A stretch of 32,000 nt of DNA. Source: Nitrosospira multiformis ATCC 25196. GTDB taxonomy: Bacteria; Pseudomonadota; Gammaproteobacteria; Burkholderiales; Nitrosomonadaceae. Positions within the stretch are counted from its first letter, which is position 1, and each line of letters starts with the position of its first letter. The stretch spans positions 3,150,001 through 3,182,000 of the forward strand of contig NC_007614.1 in assembly GCF_000196355.1 (NCBI RefSeq), in the 5' to 3' direction. This document shows, one piece after another, positions 10,008 through 21,177 of the stretch. The notes below the pieces were generated by a model. That model ran no database searches. It was not told the origin of the DNA and was given only the letters and a program-made list of their open reading frames with translations. The translations under genes were made by a program, and so were the position numbers.

Positions 10008-10799
10008 ATGGATAAAGAAGAAAGAAACTTGGAAGAAGCCAGGAGCCTAATAAAAGCGGGGCCAATCGCCTTGATAACTGGAATTTCCGCTCTCTGTCAG
10101 TTCTTAACGGATAGTCCCTCGACTGTATTCAGCATTGGGATGGGAACATCGATAATATCCAGTACTCTTGGCTACGGAATGGATTTATTATCGTCTAGTG
10201 AGAAACGGCGGTTAGATAGGCTAGGTAATTCTATACTCCTTGAAATCAAAGACCGCCTCGAACAAGGGCATAAACCCAGAGAAGATGGCTTTTTTGATAT
10301 GAAGCCAGCAATACGTAGCTCGGCTGATGAGTTATGTGATGCCATCCTTGAGATGTCCCGCTCAGAACACCAAGAGAAGAAAATCAGTTATATAGGTAAT
10401 CTATATGTCTCTGTAGCATTTACTGACGAAATCTCGCCCGATGAGGCTAACCGCTTGCTACGCCTTCTCAAATCCGCTACTTATCGGGAGATTTGTATTC
10501 TCGCAATGCTCTCCCAGGAAAGGGAACAGGAAGGGTTGCGTACAAACTGCCTGGATAAAGAGAAGGGTTCAGATGAACTAAGCTCACTAATGCAGGAATG
10601 TTTCGAGCTTGAAGGGTGGGGACTTTTATCTCAAGTAAATTACGATCAAGGTCCTCTTTATGGGGTTCCTTCTTGGGTTCATGTCATCCCAGCGAACCTG
10701 AGAATTACCCCCTATGGAAAACGACTCGCAGAGTTATCCCATCTTTCTAAAATTCATGAAAATGATGTTCAGGCAATTCGGGAAATAATGCGAGCATGA
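10008..10799 (+). CDS. Hypothetical protein, island cargo (orphan)
   Basis: Intact 263-aa ORF in the AT-richer island, directly after the integrase remnant. It has a hydrophobic N-terminal third (GPIALITGISALCQF...GMGTSIISSTLGYGM) and a helical C-terminal part. I cannot assign a family from the sequence. Confidence 0.55.
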   Translation: MDKEERNLEEARSLIKAGPIALITGISALCQFLTDSPSTVFSIGMGTSIISSTLGYGMDLLSSSEKRRLDRLGNSILLEIKDRLEQGHKPREDGFFDMKPAIRSSADELCDAILEMSRSEHQEKKISYIGNLYVSVAFTDEISPDEANRLLRLLKSATYREICILAMLSQEREQEGLRTNCLDKEKGSDELSSLMQECFELEGWGLLSQVNYDQGPLYGVPSWVHVIPANLRITPYGKRLAELSHLSKIHENDVQAIREIMRA

Positions 10800-11888
10800 G
10801 AGCGTGAGCATAGCGTCTCATTCCAGCAGCTCCTAAATATTTCATCAAAAATTTGTCTTAGGGTACTCCTTACCGCAATGGCAGGCATTCCCCCTTGGTA
10901 CCCCGATGAGTTCTGAATTTGATCCTGGCTATTGCCCGCGGTGAGACATGGGTTCGCCTTCAATCAAATCTGGGTGACACCTAGGGGGAGTTATCTAGCT
11001 TGCCAAGCGGTATGGCGGGTGGTTTTTGATCGATGAAAAACTTCAAGATCCCCTGAGACTCAATCAGACGCCCTGCACTTAATTATCAGCTCTTTCCCAT
11101 ACCCTTGCCTAGGAAGACTCAATATCGTTTATCCTAGAGCTTCCTGGAGAGTCACTTCTGAGAAAGAGGCTCTCCTAGCCAAGGATGACCGGGTGGACAT
11201 ACTCCGTATCGCTGTCCAATATTGGGTAGACCAGATGGACAGGGACGTTAGGAAGCCCGAGGAGTAGCACAAGCAAGCCCTCCTTGAACAAGAACTAGCC
11301 AAGTTCCACCAGCATGTGTTCGAGGGTAATTCTTATAAGATAGAAGATAGGTGCCGGACTAGCTCGACGATTTGAGAGAGCTATTCGGTACTGATGCTTC
11401 TAAGAATATGGCTGGTAATTCTCGCGTAGGCTCTCTTGGTCGCTCCACATCGTTAACGATATAACTTCTGTCACGTCATTGCTCATTTTATTGCTCACGA
11501 AACGCTTTAACGCATAAGCCCGGGATATCGATACTTTCTGCAATTGTGATATAGCGACGCCCAGCTCATGCGGATAAATGGAACTCCACATGCGTTAATC
11601 ACCTGCTGAATCTCATTCCAGCAGTGAATCAATGCCCCGCTTCGCCAGGAGTAGTGTTCTTTTTGCTTTCTTTTACTGCCGTTTCAGCAATCTGTCGAAA
11701 GGCCGTACCAAGGTCCAATAGTAAAACGCTCTGATGCGATTATCATGGAGCACTGGAAACTCTTGCTGGCGTGAGGAATTAGGCTGTATCAGGCCAAGAG
11801 GGAAGAGTTTTACCTGGACCTGCTCCTATCACTAGCAGGCTCTGGTCCAGGAGACTTTGCTTGATAAACCAATAATAGGCAGCTGAAG

Positions 11889-12167
11889 ATGAATGACCTG
11901 ATAACTTACGATCAAGCCTACGATCTCGCGAATATTCTGATCAAGAAGGCGACCAAAGACGAGCTGGCGGAGTGCGCGCGACTGCTTGCATTAAATCTGG
12001 CTCACCATCAGGTGAAACACGGAGAGATAGCAGTAATAGACACCTTAACCCTGCTGCGCTCATTTGAGTGTACCGAGGAACACCTGAATGTGTTGATGGA
12101 AGGCATGCTGAATCTGATAGGCGTCCTGGTAAACGTCTGCGGTGGGGTAGGGCAGGCAAAACATTGA
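11889..12167 (+). CDS. Hypothetical small protein (doubtful)
   Basis: 92-aa ORF with a weak RBS and no motif recognised. A 9-bp-stem hairpin (CTGAGTATT-tcctg-AATACTCAG, 12227-12249) lies 60 nt downstream. Confidence 0.3.
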   Translation: MNDLITYDQAYDLANILIKKATKDELAECARLLALNLAHHQVKHGEIAVIDTLTLLRSFECTEEHLNVLMEGMLNLIGVLVNVCGGVGQAKH

Positions 12168-12341
12168 GATTTGGTCTCAGTAAGCGCTTACTTCACATGA
12201 AGAGCGGCTGCTGAACCCTGCTATGGCTGAGTATTTCCTGAATACTCAGGTATCATGTGAGCCACATCTATCCCCAGGTAATTATGGGGGCTGAACGAGA
12301 GCGAATCAGGCCCACAAGGGTATCACACCATATTGGATCTC

Positions 12342-13676
12342 ATGCAGGTACAAGATAAGTCCCGATATCTCGCTCCGGGGGTAAGCCGACGTGAAGTCTG
12401 GTCATGGGCAATGTTCGACTTCGCGAATTCAGGCTACACCACCGTTGTGATTACCGCTATTTTTAACGCCTATTTCGTGGCGGTAGTGGCGAATAATGAA
12501 GCGTGGGGGACGTTTGCCTGGACAGCTGCGTTGGCAGTGTCTTACGCGCTTATTATGGTGACCGCACCGGTGATAGGCGCTTATGCCGATGCATATGCGA
12601 TGAAAAAGCCTCTGCTGCTGATAAGCACAATCGGTTGCGTGCTTTTTACCGCATTGCTTTACTTTGTCGGTCCGGGCGATCTGATGCTGGCCGTGGTATT
12701 GATCGTGCTAAGTAACTTTTTTTTCAGCAGCGGCACGAATTTGATTTCTGCTTTTCTCCCGGAACTCGCCCACGGCGAGGCATTGGGAAAGGTTTCCGGG
12801 TGGGGCTGGAGTTTCGGCTATGTTGGCGGACTGATCAGCCTGGGATTGTCGTTGGCTTACGTGACCTGGGCACAAGGCCAGGGCAGGCCTGCAGAGCAGT
12901 TCGTTCCGGGCGCAATGCTTATAACGGCCGGCCTTTTCGCGATTTCGAGCATACCGACTTTTCTCTTTCTCAAGGAACGTGCGCTGCCGCAACCGCATCC
13001 GGCGGAGCGCCATGTCGCGCGCGAAGCATTTGGCCGCTTGCTTGTCACGTTCCATCATGTGCGCGATTTTCGCGACCTCGTACGCTTTCTCGCATGTATC
13101 GTGTTTTACCAGGCGGGCATTCAGACGGTGATTACTTTAGCCGCCATCTATGCGCAGCAGGTAATGGGCTTTGATACCGGCGATACCATGTTTCTGGTTC
13201 TGGTTGTCAACATTACGGCCTCGATCGGTGCGTTCGCCTTCGGCCATATCCAGGACAGAATCGGCCATATTCCCACCATCGCGCTGACCCTCGGAGGCTG
13301 GATTGTAATGGTGCTGCTGGCATGGATGGCTGTGACGCGTCCCGTGTTCTGGCTTGCTGCCAATGTCGCCGGCCTCTGCCTGGGAGCGTCCCAATCGGCA
13401 GGGCGCGCACTGATAGGTTATTTGAGTCCGGATGCGAGACGCGCCGAATTTTTCGGACTGTGGGGACTTGCAGTCAATTTATCCTCGATACTCGGTCCGA
13501 TCACGTATGGGATCGTGAGCTGGATTTCTGGAGGAGACCACCGGCTGGCCATGTTGATTACCGGCAGCTATTTTATTATTGGCTTGATGATATTGATGAG
13601 CATCGATATACAACGGGGACGACAAGCCGCACTGAATATCAGCCCTCCAGGGGAGAGGCTTACAGGGAATCGCTGA
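12342..13676 (+). CDS. MFS transporter, UMF1 / Atg22-like family
   Basis: Polytopic ORF with the N-terminal signature EVWSWAMFDFANSGYTTVVITAIFNAYF typical of UMF1/Atg22-like MFS proteins. The ATG at 12342 is preferred. The track start at 12333 is a TTG three codons upstream. Confidence 0.8.
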   Translation: MQVQDKSRYLAPGVSRREVWSWAMFDFANSGYTTVVITAIFNAYFVAVVANNEAWGTFAWTAALAVSYALIMVTAPVIGAYADAYAMKKPLLLISTIGCVLFTALLYFVGPGDLMLAVVLIVLSNFFFSSGTNLISAFLPELAHGEALGKVSGWGWSFGYVGGLISLGLSLAYVTWAQGQGRPAEQFVPGAMLITAGLFAISSIPTFLFLKERALPQPHPAERHVAREAFGRLLVTFHHVRDFRDLVRFLACIVFYQAGIQTVITLAAIYAQQVMGFDTGDTMFLVLVVNITASIGAFAFGHIQDRIGHIPTIALTLGGWIVMVLLAWMAVTRPVFWLAANVAGLCLGASQSAGRALIGYLSPDARRAEFFGLWGLAVNLSSILGPITYGIVSWISGGDHRLAMLITGSYFIIGLMILMSIDIQRGRQAALNISPPGERLTGNR

Positions 13677-13837
13677 TAAGCAATCCCCTGCAGGCTCCAC
13701 GGCGCCAGGCTTTCCATTTCAGCTGCCCGTTATCTCTTTTTTGAGTCTGGCGCCATTGCCGCCGGTTTATCTGCGCTTATTCTTTATAAACGCAGATACC
13801 CGCCATTCCATCCTTGCGGGCCGCGGCTTGATAATAA

Positions 13838-14398
13838 TCAGTGATGCATGTGGTGATTATGATCGCTACCCTGGTTCCCGCCTTGGCCGTGTGCCCCATG
13901 CCCACTGTGGCCGCTGTGATTTCCGTGACCGGCGTGATCACCATGACCCTCTTCTGATTTTTTATCGCTCTTTTTCTGCGCATCCTTTGCCGCAGCCTTC
14001 AACGGAGTGAACCGGGCGGATTGGGCCTCTTGTTCCGGCAATTTGACAAATACGACGACTACCGTATCCGGGGTCAGGACAAAATCTCCTGTTCCCTTCA
14101 GCATGTTATTTCCCGCCGGCTCGAGCTTTATGGAAGTTTTCGGCTTGGCTTTGCCGACCTGAAATGCCGCCTTGCCCACGCCTCCTTCTGTGTTGATCTG
14201 CGCATCCGCATGATCTGTTACATAAACCGTCAATTCTTTATCTTTGGTTACAAGCTCCAGATGATAGGGCCCCGCCATACGCATCTGCCCGCCGTGGGGC
14301 GCGGCATGAGTCTCGAAATATTCGTCGGTATGCGCCGAGGCGGGCAATGACACGGCCAGAACAGCACTCGTCAAGACCATGACCATCGATTTAATCAT
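13838..14398 (-). CDS. Exported His-rich protein, putative periplasmic metal (copper?) binding protein
   Basis: The ATG at 14396-14398 is preceded by AAGGAG 8 nt upstream. Signal peptide MIKSMVMVLTSAVLAVSLPASA, then HTDEYFETHAAPHGGQMRMAGPYHLELV..., a beta-rich core and a C-terminal tail EEGHGDHAGHGNHSGHSGHGAHGQGGNQGSDHNHHMHH. Same strand as copD, 367 bp downstream of it. Confidence 0.7.
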   Translation of the reverse strand: MIKSMVMVLTSAVLAVSLPASAHTDEYFETHAAPHGGQMRMAGPYHLELVTKDKELTVYVTDHADAQINTEGGVGKAAFQVGKAKPKTSIKLEPAGNNMLKGTGDFVLTPDTVVVVFVKLPEQEAQSARFTPLKAAAKDAQKKSDKKSEEGHGDHAGHGNHSGHSGHGAHGQGGNQGSDHNHHMHH

Positions 14399-14765
14399 TT
14401 GCTCTACTCCTTGTAGGTACGAATTGAAGAATTGTAACGCCTGCCCCATCTCGGGAACTGTATTACTGCTTGCTTCTCTTGCCTGGATTGCTCTTACTTC
14501 TCTTCCTCGAAGCTTTCTGGAATCCCCCGCCGTATTTTTGCTTCCGGCTGTATTGCCTGGTTTTCCCTGCGCCCTGACCTGGAGGGCGGTACCTGCCTGT
14601 CGAAGGGAGCGGCGCGGGGATGCCCTGTAAAGGAACGCATGCTGTCAAGGCAGGCAGGTCGGGGCGTCAGCGGGCAGTTGAACCTGCCCGGACTGCTCCA
14701 AGGGCGCTCAAGGGGGATGGCGCTTCCTTCGCCCCGATCCTGGCATCCTTTCCACTACCGCTTGG

Positions 14766-16874
14766 CTAGTGCACATGCTCGCCTGGTGGGGGCAGGATCT
14801 CCTCTTCGCGGTTGAGCTGCGCTATCTGCTGCATCAGCATGTCGGAGGCGGACCAGCCTGCGCCATCGAGTTCGGGTATCCAGCGCGCCCGCAGGTAGCC
14901 GAAGCGGTCCACCAGGAACTCCATGTGGTCAGGCAGCGTGCCTGCGCCCAGGAGGTCCGGATGGGAGAGCGTGCGCCGGAACAGGGCATAGCTGCGCACG
15001 ATCTCCTCCGCCCCTTCGGTCACGATGGGGAAGTGAACGCCCGCCTTGAGCTGGCCCAGCGCGGCAGCACTCAGGTCATGCTCGGGCACTGCCAGAAGCA
15101 CCGTGTTGCCGGCCTGCAGCTTTGCATGGAGCGCTTCCAGTTGCGCCAGGCGCTCGCGGGATTGCGGCCAGGAGAATAATACCAGCAGCACGTTCTTCTG
15201 GTTGCGGAAGTCCTTCAGGGTGCCGCTTGAGCCATCCTGCGCCACATACGAGAAATTGGGCGGGCCCATGTTGGGCTGCGGCTGCTCGGGCTTGACAGCG
15301 GGACTCATCAGGCGCGCCTGGTAGCCGCGCGACATGGCGTGCAGGAAGTTCACCACGTCCCAGCGGTCTTCCTCATCGAGCTTGTCGCCAAAGGAGGGCA
15401 TGCCGGTATCGGGGATGCCGAAGGAGAGCCAGTGGAAGAAGTCGCCTGCGGTATGGCGGGCCGTGTGCGGTTCGGTCAAGAGGTCCACCGGCGGCTTGGC
15501 AAAGCTCTTGGCCATCACGCCGTCGCCCTTGCCCTGCAGCCCGTGACAGGCCACGCAGTTCTCGGCAAAGTGGACGGCGCCATTGGAAATGGAGATGGTG
15601 TCAAACGGCACCGGCGTCTTGCGGTAGGTCTCGGGATAGGCATCCACCGTCAAGGGCGGCAGGCCCACGCCCAATCCGATGACCGCCAGGAGGACAGGCA
15701 ACCCGAAGCGCAGCTTTTTGTCCCAGTGCTTCCTGCGCCCATAGAAGACTGCGGCTGCGGCCAGAACGAGCAGGGCGATGCCGCCGTAGACGCGCGGCAT
15801 GATGACAGGCTCCCCCCAGGTGGCCGCAAGGGAGAAACGGAAGGAATAGGGCCAGTCCTGGATCAGGGCGTGCTTGGCAGGAACCGTGTTGGCCACGATG
15901 GTGGCAAGCAGCACTATCCCTAAGGCCAGCCCGAATTCCAGGCTCACCCATTTCCTGAGTTTGCGCCCGCCGTTATCCGCTCCTTTTGCGCCTGCGTCCT
16001 CGTAGAACAGCGGCAGCCAGCTCGAGCGCGCGCGCGAGGCGATGATGAGCACCATCATGAGCAGGGCGATCTTGCCATTGAGCAGCCAGCCATATTTGGT
16101 GGCAACCAGGCCGCTGTAGTTGGTATCGACCATGCGGTAGGTGATGAGGATGCCGGTTGCAATCACCGCCAGCATGACGGGCAGCGCCAGGGTGGAGAAG
16201 CGCCGCAGGGCCTGGGCATCATGCCGGAAAGCTTCCTCGCGCGACTGGAATACGGCGTGGATGCGCTGGAGCGCCTGCGTCTGCAGGGCAGGCTGCGTTC
16301 CGGCGCTTCCGGCTTGCGCCTGCTTCAATTCGCTCTGGGGCTTGCAGGCAAAGCAGACCACCAGGAAAGCCGGCAGGGCGCCAAACCAGACGCTGCCCAG
16401 GATGATGTGCAGGGCGTAGGGCAGAAGCGAGACGACCGAGAGGTCCTCGGCTGCGGCGTGGCTGGCAAGCGAGCCGACCCCTAGGGTCAAGGCCGCCACA
16501 CTTGCGCACAGGATGTATTGCCAGCGTGCGGGCGGGGAGAAGCGGATGTAGAGGGCAATGGCAAAGACGACGAGCGCGCAGGCGGCGCGCGCGAGCCAGA
16601 TATGCCCCATGCGCGTATTCTCCATGAGGGAGAGCCAGGCGGCCGGATGCCAGGCGTTCTCGTCAATCCCGGTGGCTTGCGCCGTGGTGGTCGCCAGGAT
16701 GCCGAACAGGCCGGTGAGCAGGATGAGGGCAAGCCACGGCAGCGCACGCTCCACCCGCGTGACCCAGGGCGAGTGGACGGAGCCGGCAATGGCCAGAAAC
16801 ACGCAGCCCCCCACCAGGATCATGTTGGACGCCAGCTGCGCCCAGCGCAGGAGCGTCGCGATGACCTCGATCAT
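14766..16874 (-). CDS. copD: CopD-family membrane protein fused to a c-type cytochrome domain and a Cys-less thioredoxin-fold domain
   Basis: 702-aa ORF. The first ~420 aa are polytopic and CopD-like. A CxxCH haem motif (NCVACHG, encoded at 15543-15557) with GDG and a distal Met region follows. The C-terminal ~160 aa resemble an AhpC/TSA-redoxin fold (KNVLLVLFSWPQS...VLLAVP). Its ATG overlaps the copC stop (ATGA at 16871-16874). Confidence 0.85.
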   Translation of the reverse strand: MIEVIATLLRWAQLASNMILVGGCVFLAIAGSVHSPWVTRVERALPWLALILLTGLFGILATTTAQATGIDENAWHPAAWLSLMENTRMGHIWLARAACALVVFAIALYIRFSPPARWQYILCASVAALTLGVGSLASHAAAEDLSVVSLLPYALHIILGSVWFGALPAFLVVCFACKPQSELKQAQAGSAGTQPALQTQALQRIHAVFQSREEAFRHDAQALRRFSTLALPVMLAVIATGILITYRMVDTNYSGLVATKYGWLLNGKIALLMMVLIIASRARSSWLPLFYEDAGAKGADNGGRKLRKWVSLEFGLALGIVLLATIVANTVPAKHALIQDWPYSFRFSLAATWGEPVIMPRVYGGIALLVLAAAAVFYGRRKHWDKKLRFGLPVLLAVIGLGVGLPPLTVDAYPETYRKTPVPFDTISISNGAVHFAENCVACHGLQGKGDGVMAKSFAKPPVDLLTEPHTARHTAGDFFHWLSFGIPDTGMPSFGDKLDEEDRWDVVNFLHAMSRGYQARLMSPAVKPEQPQPNMGPPNFSYVAQDGSSGTLKDFRNQKNVLLVLFSWPQSRERLAQLEALHAKLQAGNTVLLAVPEHDLSAAALGQLKAGVHFPIVTEGAEEIVRSYALFRRTLSHPDLLGAGTLPDHMEFLVDRFGYLRARWIPELDGAGWSASDMLMQQIAQLNREEEILPPPGEHVH

Positions 16875-17296
16875 TTCGCGGCGGCTTTGTTCTTTATCGT
16901 GAAGTCGTGGGACGAGTCAACCACATGCCCGTCCACCGACAGCACCCGGAACTTGACCGTGTACTTGCCCGGGCTCAATTCCGGCAGGGGCAGAACGATG
17001 GCTTTGGGGTCGTTGGCATCGATATGCGGTTTGGTTTCGGTGACAGGGGTCTTGGAGGCGTCGAGTACGGAGAGTGCGGCATAGTCCTTTTCGACTTCTT
17101 CGTTGAAGAACAGCCGCACCTGGGTGGGGGCCTGGGTCAGTTGCGCGCGGCGCGCAGGTTCTGCCTTGACCAGCATGGCGTGCGCCAGCGCCGGGCTGCT
17201 GTGCAGCCCCGCTACCAGCAGCAGGAACGACAAAAGGCTGCCTGCCAGTAAGTGAACACTTGCTCTCCTGTCGGCAGATATCATCGATGGTTGCAT
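16871..17296 (-). CDS. copC: CopC-family periplasmic copper-binding protein
   Basis: The ATG at 17294-17296 follows a GAGGAG RBS. Signal peptide ...LHSSPALA, then HAMLVKAEPARRAQL...YTVKFRVLSVDGHVVDSSHDFTIK, a CopC fold with an N-terminal His. The track start at 17350 adds 18 unlikely residues. Confidence 0.85.
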   Translation of the reverse strand: MQPSMISADRRASVHLLAGSLLSFLLLVAGLHSSPALAHAMLVKAEPARRAQLTQAPTQVRLFFNEEVEKDYAALSVLDASKTPVTETKPHIDANDPKAIVLPLPELSPGKYTVKFRVLSVDGHVVDSSHDFTIKNKAAAK

Positions 17297-17577
17297 TTTT
17301 GCTCCTCTTATATGGGCTCTGCACCCGAAGATCGGGCTTCGGGCAGCCACTGTGGTCCTTGTCTTTTTTATTTGTCCCCGGTTGTTCTTGTTCGATCTGC
17401 ACCCGGTTGACTTTTTTGTTCCTGCCTTATTGCATCTTGGACTCTTTCCCGCGCTTATGGTTCAGAGGGGGAGCCAGGCCGCGGCCCATGCCCGGGGTGC
17501 CCCCTGCACAAAGGGACTGCGGCGAGCCCAAGCTCAAGTCAACCTGAAGTCAGCGCTTACTCTCTTCCTTCCCTTTG

Positions 17578-18168
17578 CTAGGCGCTTGCACCGGCGGATT
17601 TGCGTCCGCGCAGGAAGAAGACGGCCGCTCCTATGATCACCGCCGCAATGGCGATGATGAGGTAGGGCGACATGCCCTTGGGTTCACCCACGGAGAAGGG
17701 GAAGCGCGAGACCAGCGGTTCCTTGTCGGTGACGGTCACGAGCCCCACGAACTTGCCAGGCTGGGTGAAGTTGTATTCAAAATTGATGGAGCCATTGGGA
17801 TAGACCTTGGGCGGTATGTGCAGGATGGTGATTTCATCGAGCTTCTGCTGTTCGTCGGGAGCGGGCTGTCCGCCTGAACCGGTGTCGCGGATGATGCGCA
17901 CTTCGGTGGGCAGGGGGCGCAGCGCTTCTTCAATGTAGTCCAGGGCAACTACGGTGCGGCCGGTATTGGGAATGTCTTCGCAGAATTCCTTCTCCTGCGT
18001 GGCATCCGGCTGGTAGCCGGTAAAGTGCATGGTGTAGGGGCCGATGGTGAGCTTGCATATATCATCGGCAAGCGACAGGCCGCCGTGCGCTTCCACCTGG
18101 GAGGAGAAGGGCAGGGCCAGGGCAAATACCAGTCCGATCAAGGCAGGTTTGAGTGAGGATGAGAACAT
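17578..18168 (-). CDS. amoD: AmoD (orf5), PmoD/AmoD-family exported protein with C-terminal TM anchor
   Basis: ATG at 18166-18168 (MFSSSLKPALIGLVFALALPFSSQVEA|HGGLSLADDICKLTIGPYTMHFTGYQP...). It is a paralogue of the upstream ORF, with a C-terminal TM helix (YLIIAIAAVIIGAAVFFL). It is the second gene after amoB, as in beta-AOB amoCABED. Confidence 0.8.
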   Translation of the reverse strand: MFSSSLKPALIGLVFALALPFSSQVEAHGGLSLADDICKLTIGPYTMHFTGYQPDATQEKEFCEDIPNTGRTVVALDYIEEALRPLPTEVRIIRDTGSGGQPAPDEQQKLDEITILHIPPKVYPNGSINFEYNFTQPGKFVGLVTVTDKEPLVSRFPFSVGEPKGMSPYLIIAIAAVIIGAAVFFLRGRKSAGASA

Positions 18169-18317
18169 TATCAATTCGCCTATATAAGTATGGTGAGTCA
18201 GTGAATCAGTGATCCTGCAGGGTCGCGGTTGCATTTATCCGCCGCTGTTTTGCCAGGCTTGTGTCCGGCGCTCCTCTGCAACGGCAGGAGCCGGTTTATC
18301 CGGTGACCTTTCCTGCA

Positions 18318-18908
18318 TTACGGGTTGCGCGAGGAGCGCCAGCGTTGCACGCGCGGGGATTTCACGAGCTTGTATCCCAGCACGGCAAGCAGCAGCAGGG
18401 CGATCAGGGGGCCTACCGCGGCGCGGAATATTTCGGAATAGTTGATCATCTGTACCCGCAGGGGATACTGGTAGCGCAGGGGCGGCACGCCTTCTGCGGT
18501 GATGAATACGGTGTAGAGTCCCTGCTCGAGGGTGGTCTGGCCCTGGATGACACCATCCGGATGGTGCACAGGACGCAGTTGCGTGACCATCTCGTCCTCT
18601 TCGCTCGTGCCCCGTACCACCTTCATGCCAATGGGCATGTCGCGCATGGCAGGGTCGATGAGGTCGATCACGAGGAAGGTATCGCCTCCCTTGGGAATCT
18701 CGGTGCAGTATTGGGCAGTAGGTTCGAATTGCGGCTGGTAGGCGCTCAGATGCACCATGTTCTCGCCGATACGGCGCACGCAGCTGTCTTCTTCCAGCGA
18801 TTCCTTGCCGTGCGCGCTAACAAACCCGCTGTAGAGGGTGGTAATCAGCAGCAGCGCCAGGGCACCTGCCCGGCTGCCTTGTCTGCTCGAAGTGCCTTTC
18901 GCTTGCAT
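18318..18908 (-). CDS. amoE: AmoE (orf4), PmoD/AmoD-family exported protein with C-terminal TM anchor
   Basis: MQAKGTSSRQGSRAGALALLLITTLYSGFVSA|HGKESLEEDSCVRRIGENMVHLSAYQP... It shares the HG..SL..D.C...IG...MH...YQP...C..IP pattern with AmoD. The start could instead be the track start at 18941. Confidence 0.75.
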   Translation of the reverse strand: MQAKGTSSRQGSRAGALALLLITTLYSGFVSAHGKESLEEDSCVRRIGENMVHLSAYQPQFEPTAQYCTEIPKGGDTFLVIDLIDPAMRDMPIGMKVVRGTSEEDEMVTQLRPVHHPDGVIQGQTTLEQGLYTVFITAEGVPPLRYQYPLRVQMINYSEIFRAAVGPLIALLLLAVLGYKLVKSPRVQRWRSSRNP

Positions 18909-18997
18909 TTCTCTAGATTCGTTAAAAAAACACCGATCCACCTTGCCGTCTGTAACGGTGGCGGACCGGTGTTTGCATGCTGCCTGTTCCAGTCTTG

Positions 18998-19032
18998 GCC
19001 CGGTTTCTGCCCTGGTCGGGCAGGAGCCGGGC
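18998..19032. terminator. GC-rich two-tier hairpin between amoB and amoE (terminator-like only in the plus orientation)
   Basis: GCCCGG-ttt-CTGCCC-tggtc-GGGCAG-gag-CCGGGC. On the plus strand it is followed by GGC-TTTTT. On the sense (minus) strand it has an upstream A5 and no U-run. Confidence 0.35.
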
Positions 19033-19089
19033 GGCTTTTTAGGATTGACCCGGGATTAGTCCTGTAGGGCTTGCCCCCGGGGTTTGTCC

Positions 19090-21177
<2,088 letters not shown>

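Larger units (their letters stand above)
7655..12300. mobile_element. Decayed tRNA-Thr-associated genomic island(s); right boundary approximate
   Basis: The region starts at the tRNA 3' end and is visibly AT-richer than the flanks. It holds two integrase fragments, a second copy of the tRNA 3' end at 9454-9472, orphan ORFs and gene remnants with in-frame stops. No third att copy was found, so the right end (before the MFS gene) is inferred from composition only. Confidence 0.45.

Noticed and set aside
11060-11880. Attempt to name the gene remnants here: the plus-strand frame with a TAG at 11265, and the minus-strand 63-aa ORF at 11400-11591 with an HTH-like ELGVAISQLQKVSISRAY
   Set aside because: The fragments are too short and broken to assign a family by eye. 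They are reported only as evidence of decay within the island.
14399-14765. Search for a CueR/MerR-type or other metal-responsive operator and a clear promoter upstream of the His-rich protein gene
   Set aside because: There is a TTGACA hexamer near 14643-14648 (minus strand) but no acceptable -10 at proper spacing. No long-spacer MerR-type dyad was recognised, so nothing is supportable.
14769-16902. Numerous 70-190-aa ORFs on both strands inside copD. Similar ones occur inside accC, mnmG, mnmE, mlaE/F, prmA and the MFS gene.
   Set aside because: They are all nested in, or antisense to, confidently identified genes. They have no RBS or motif support.
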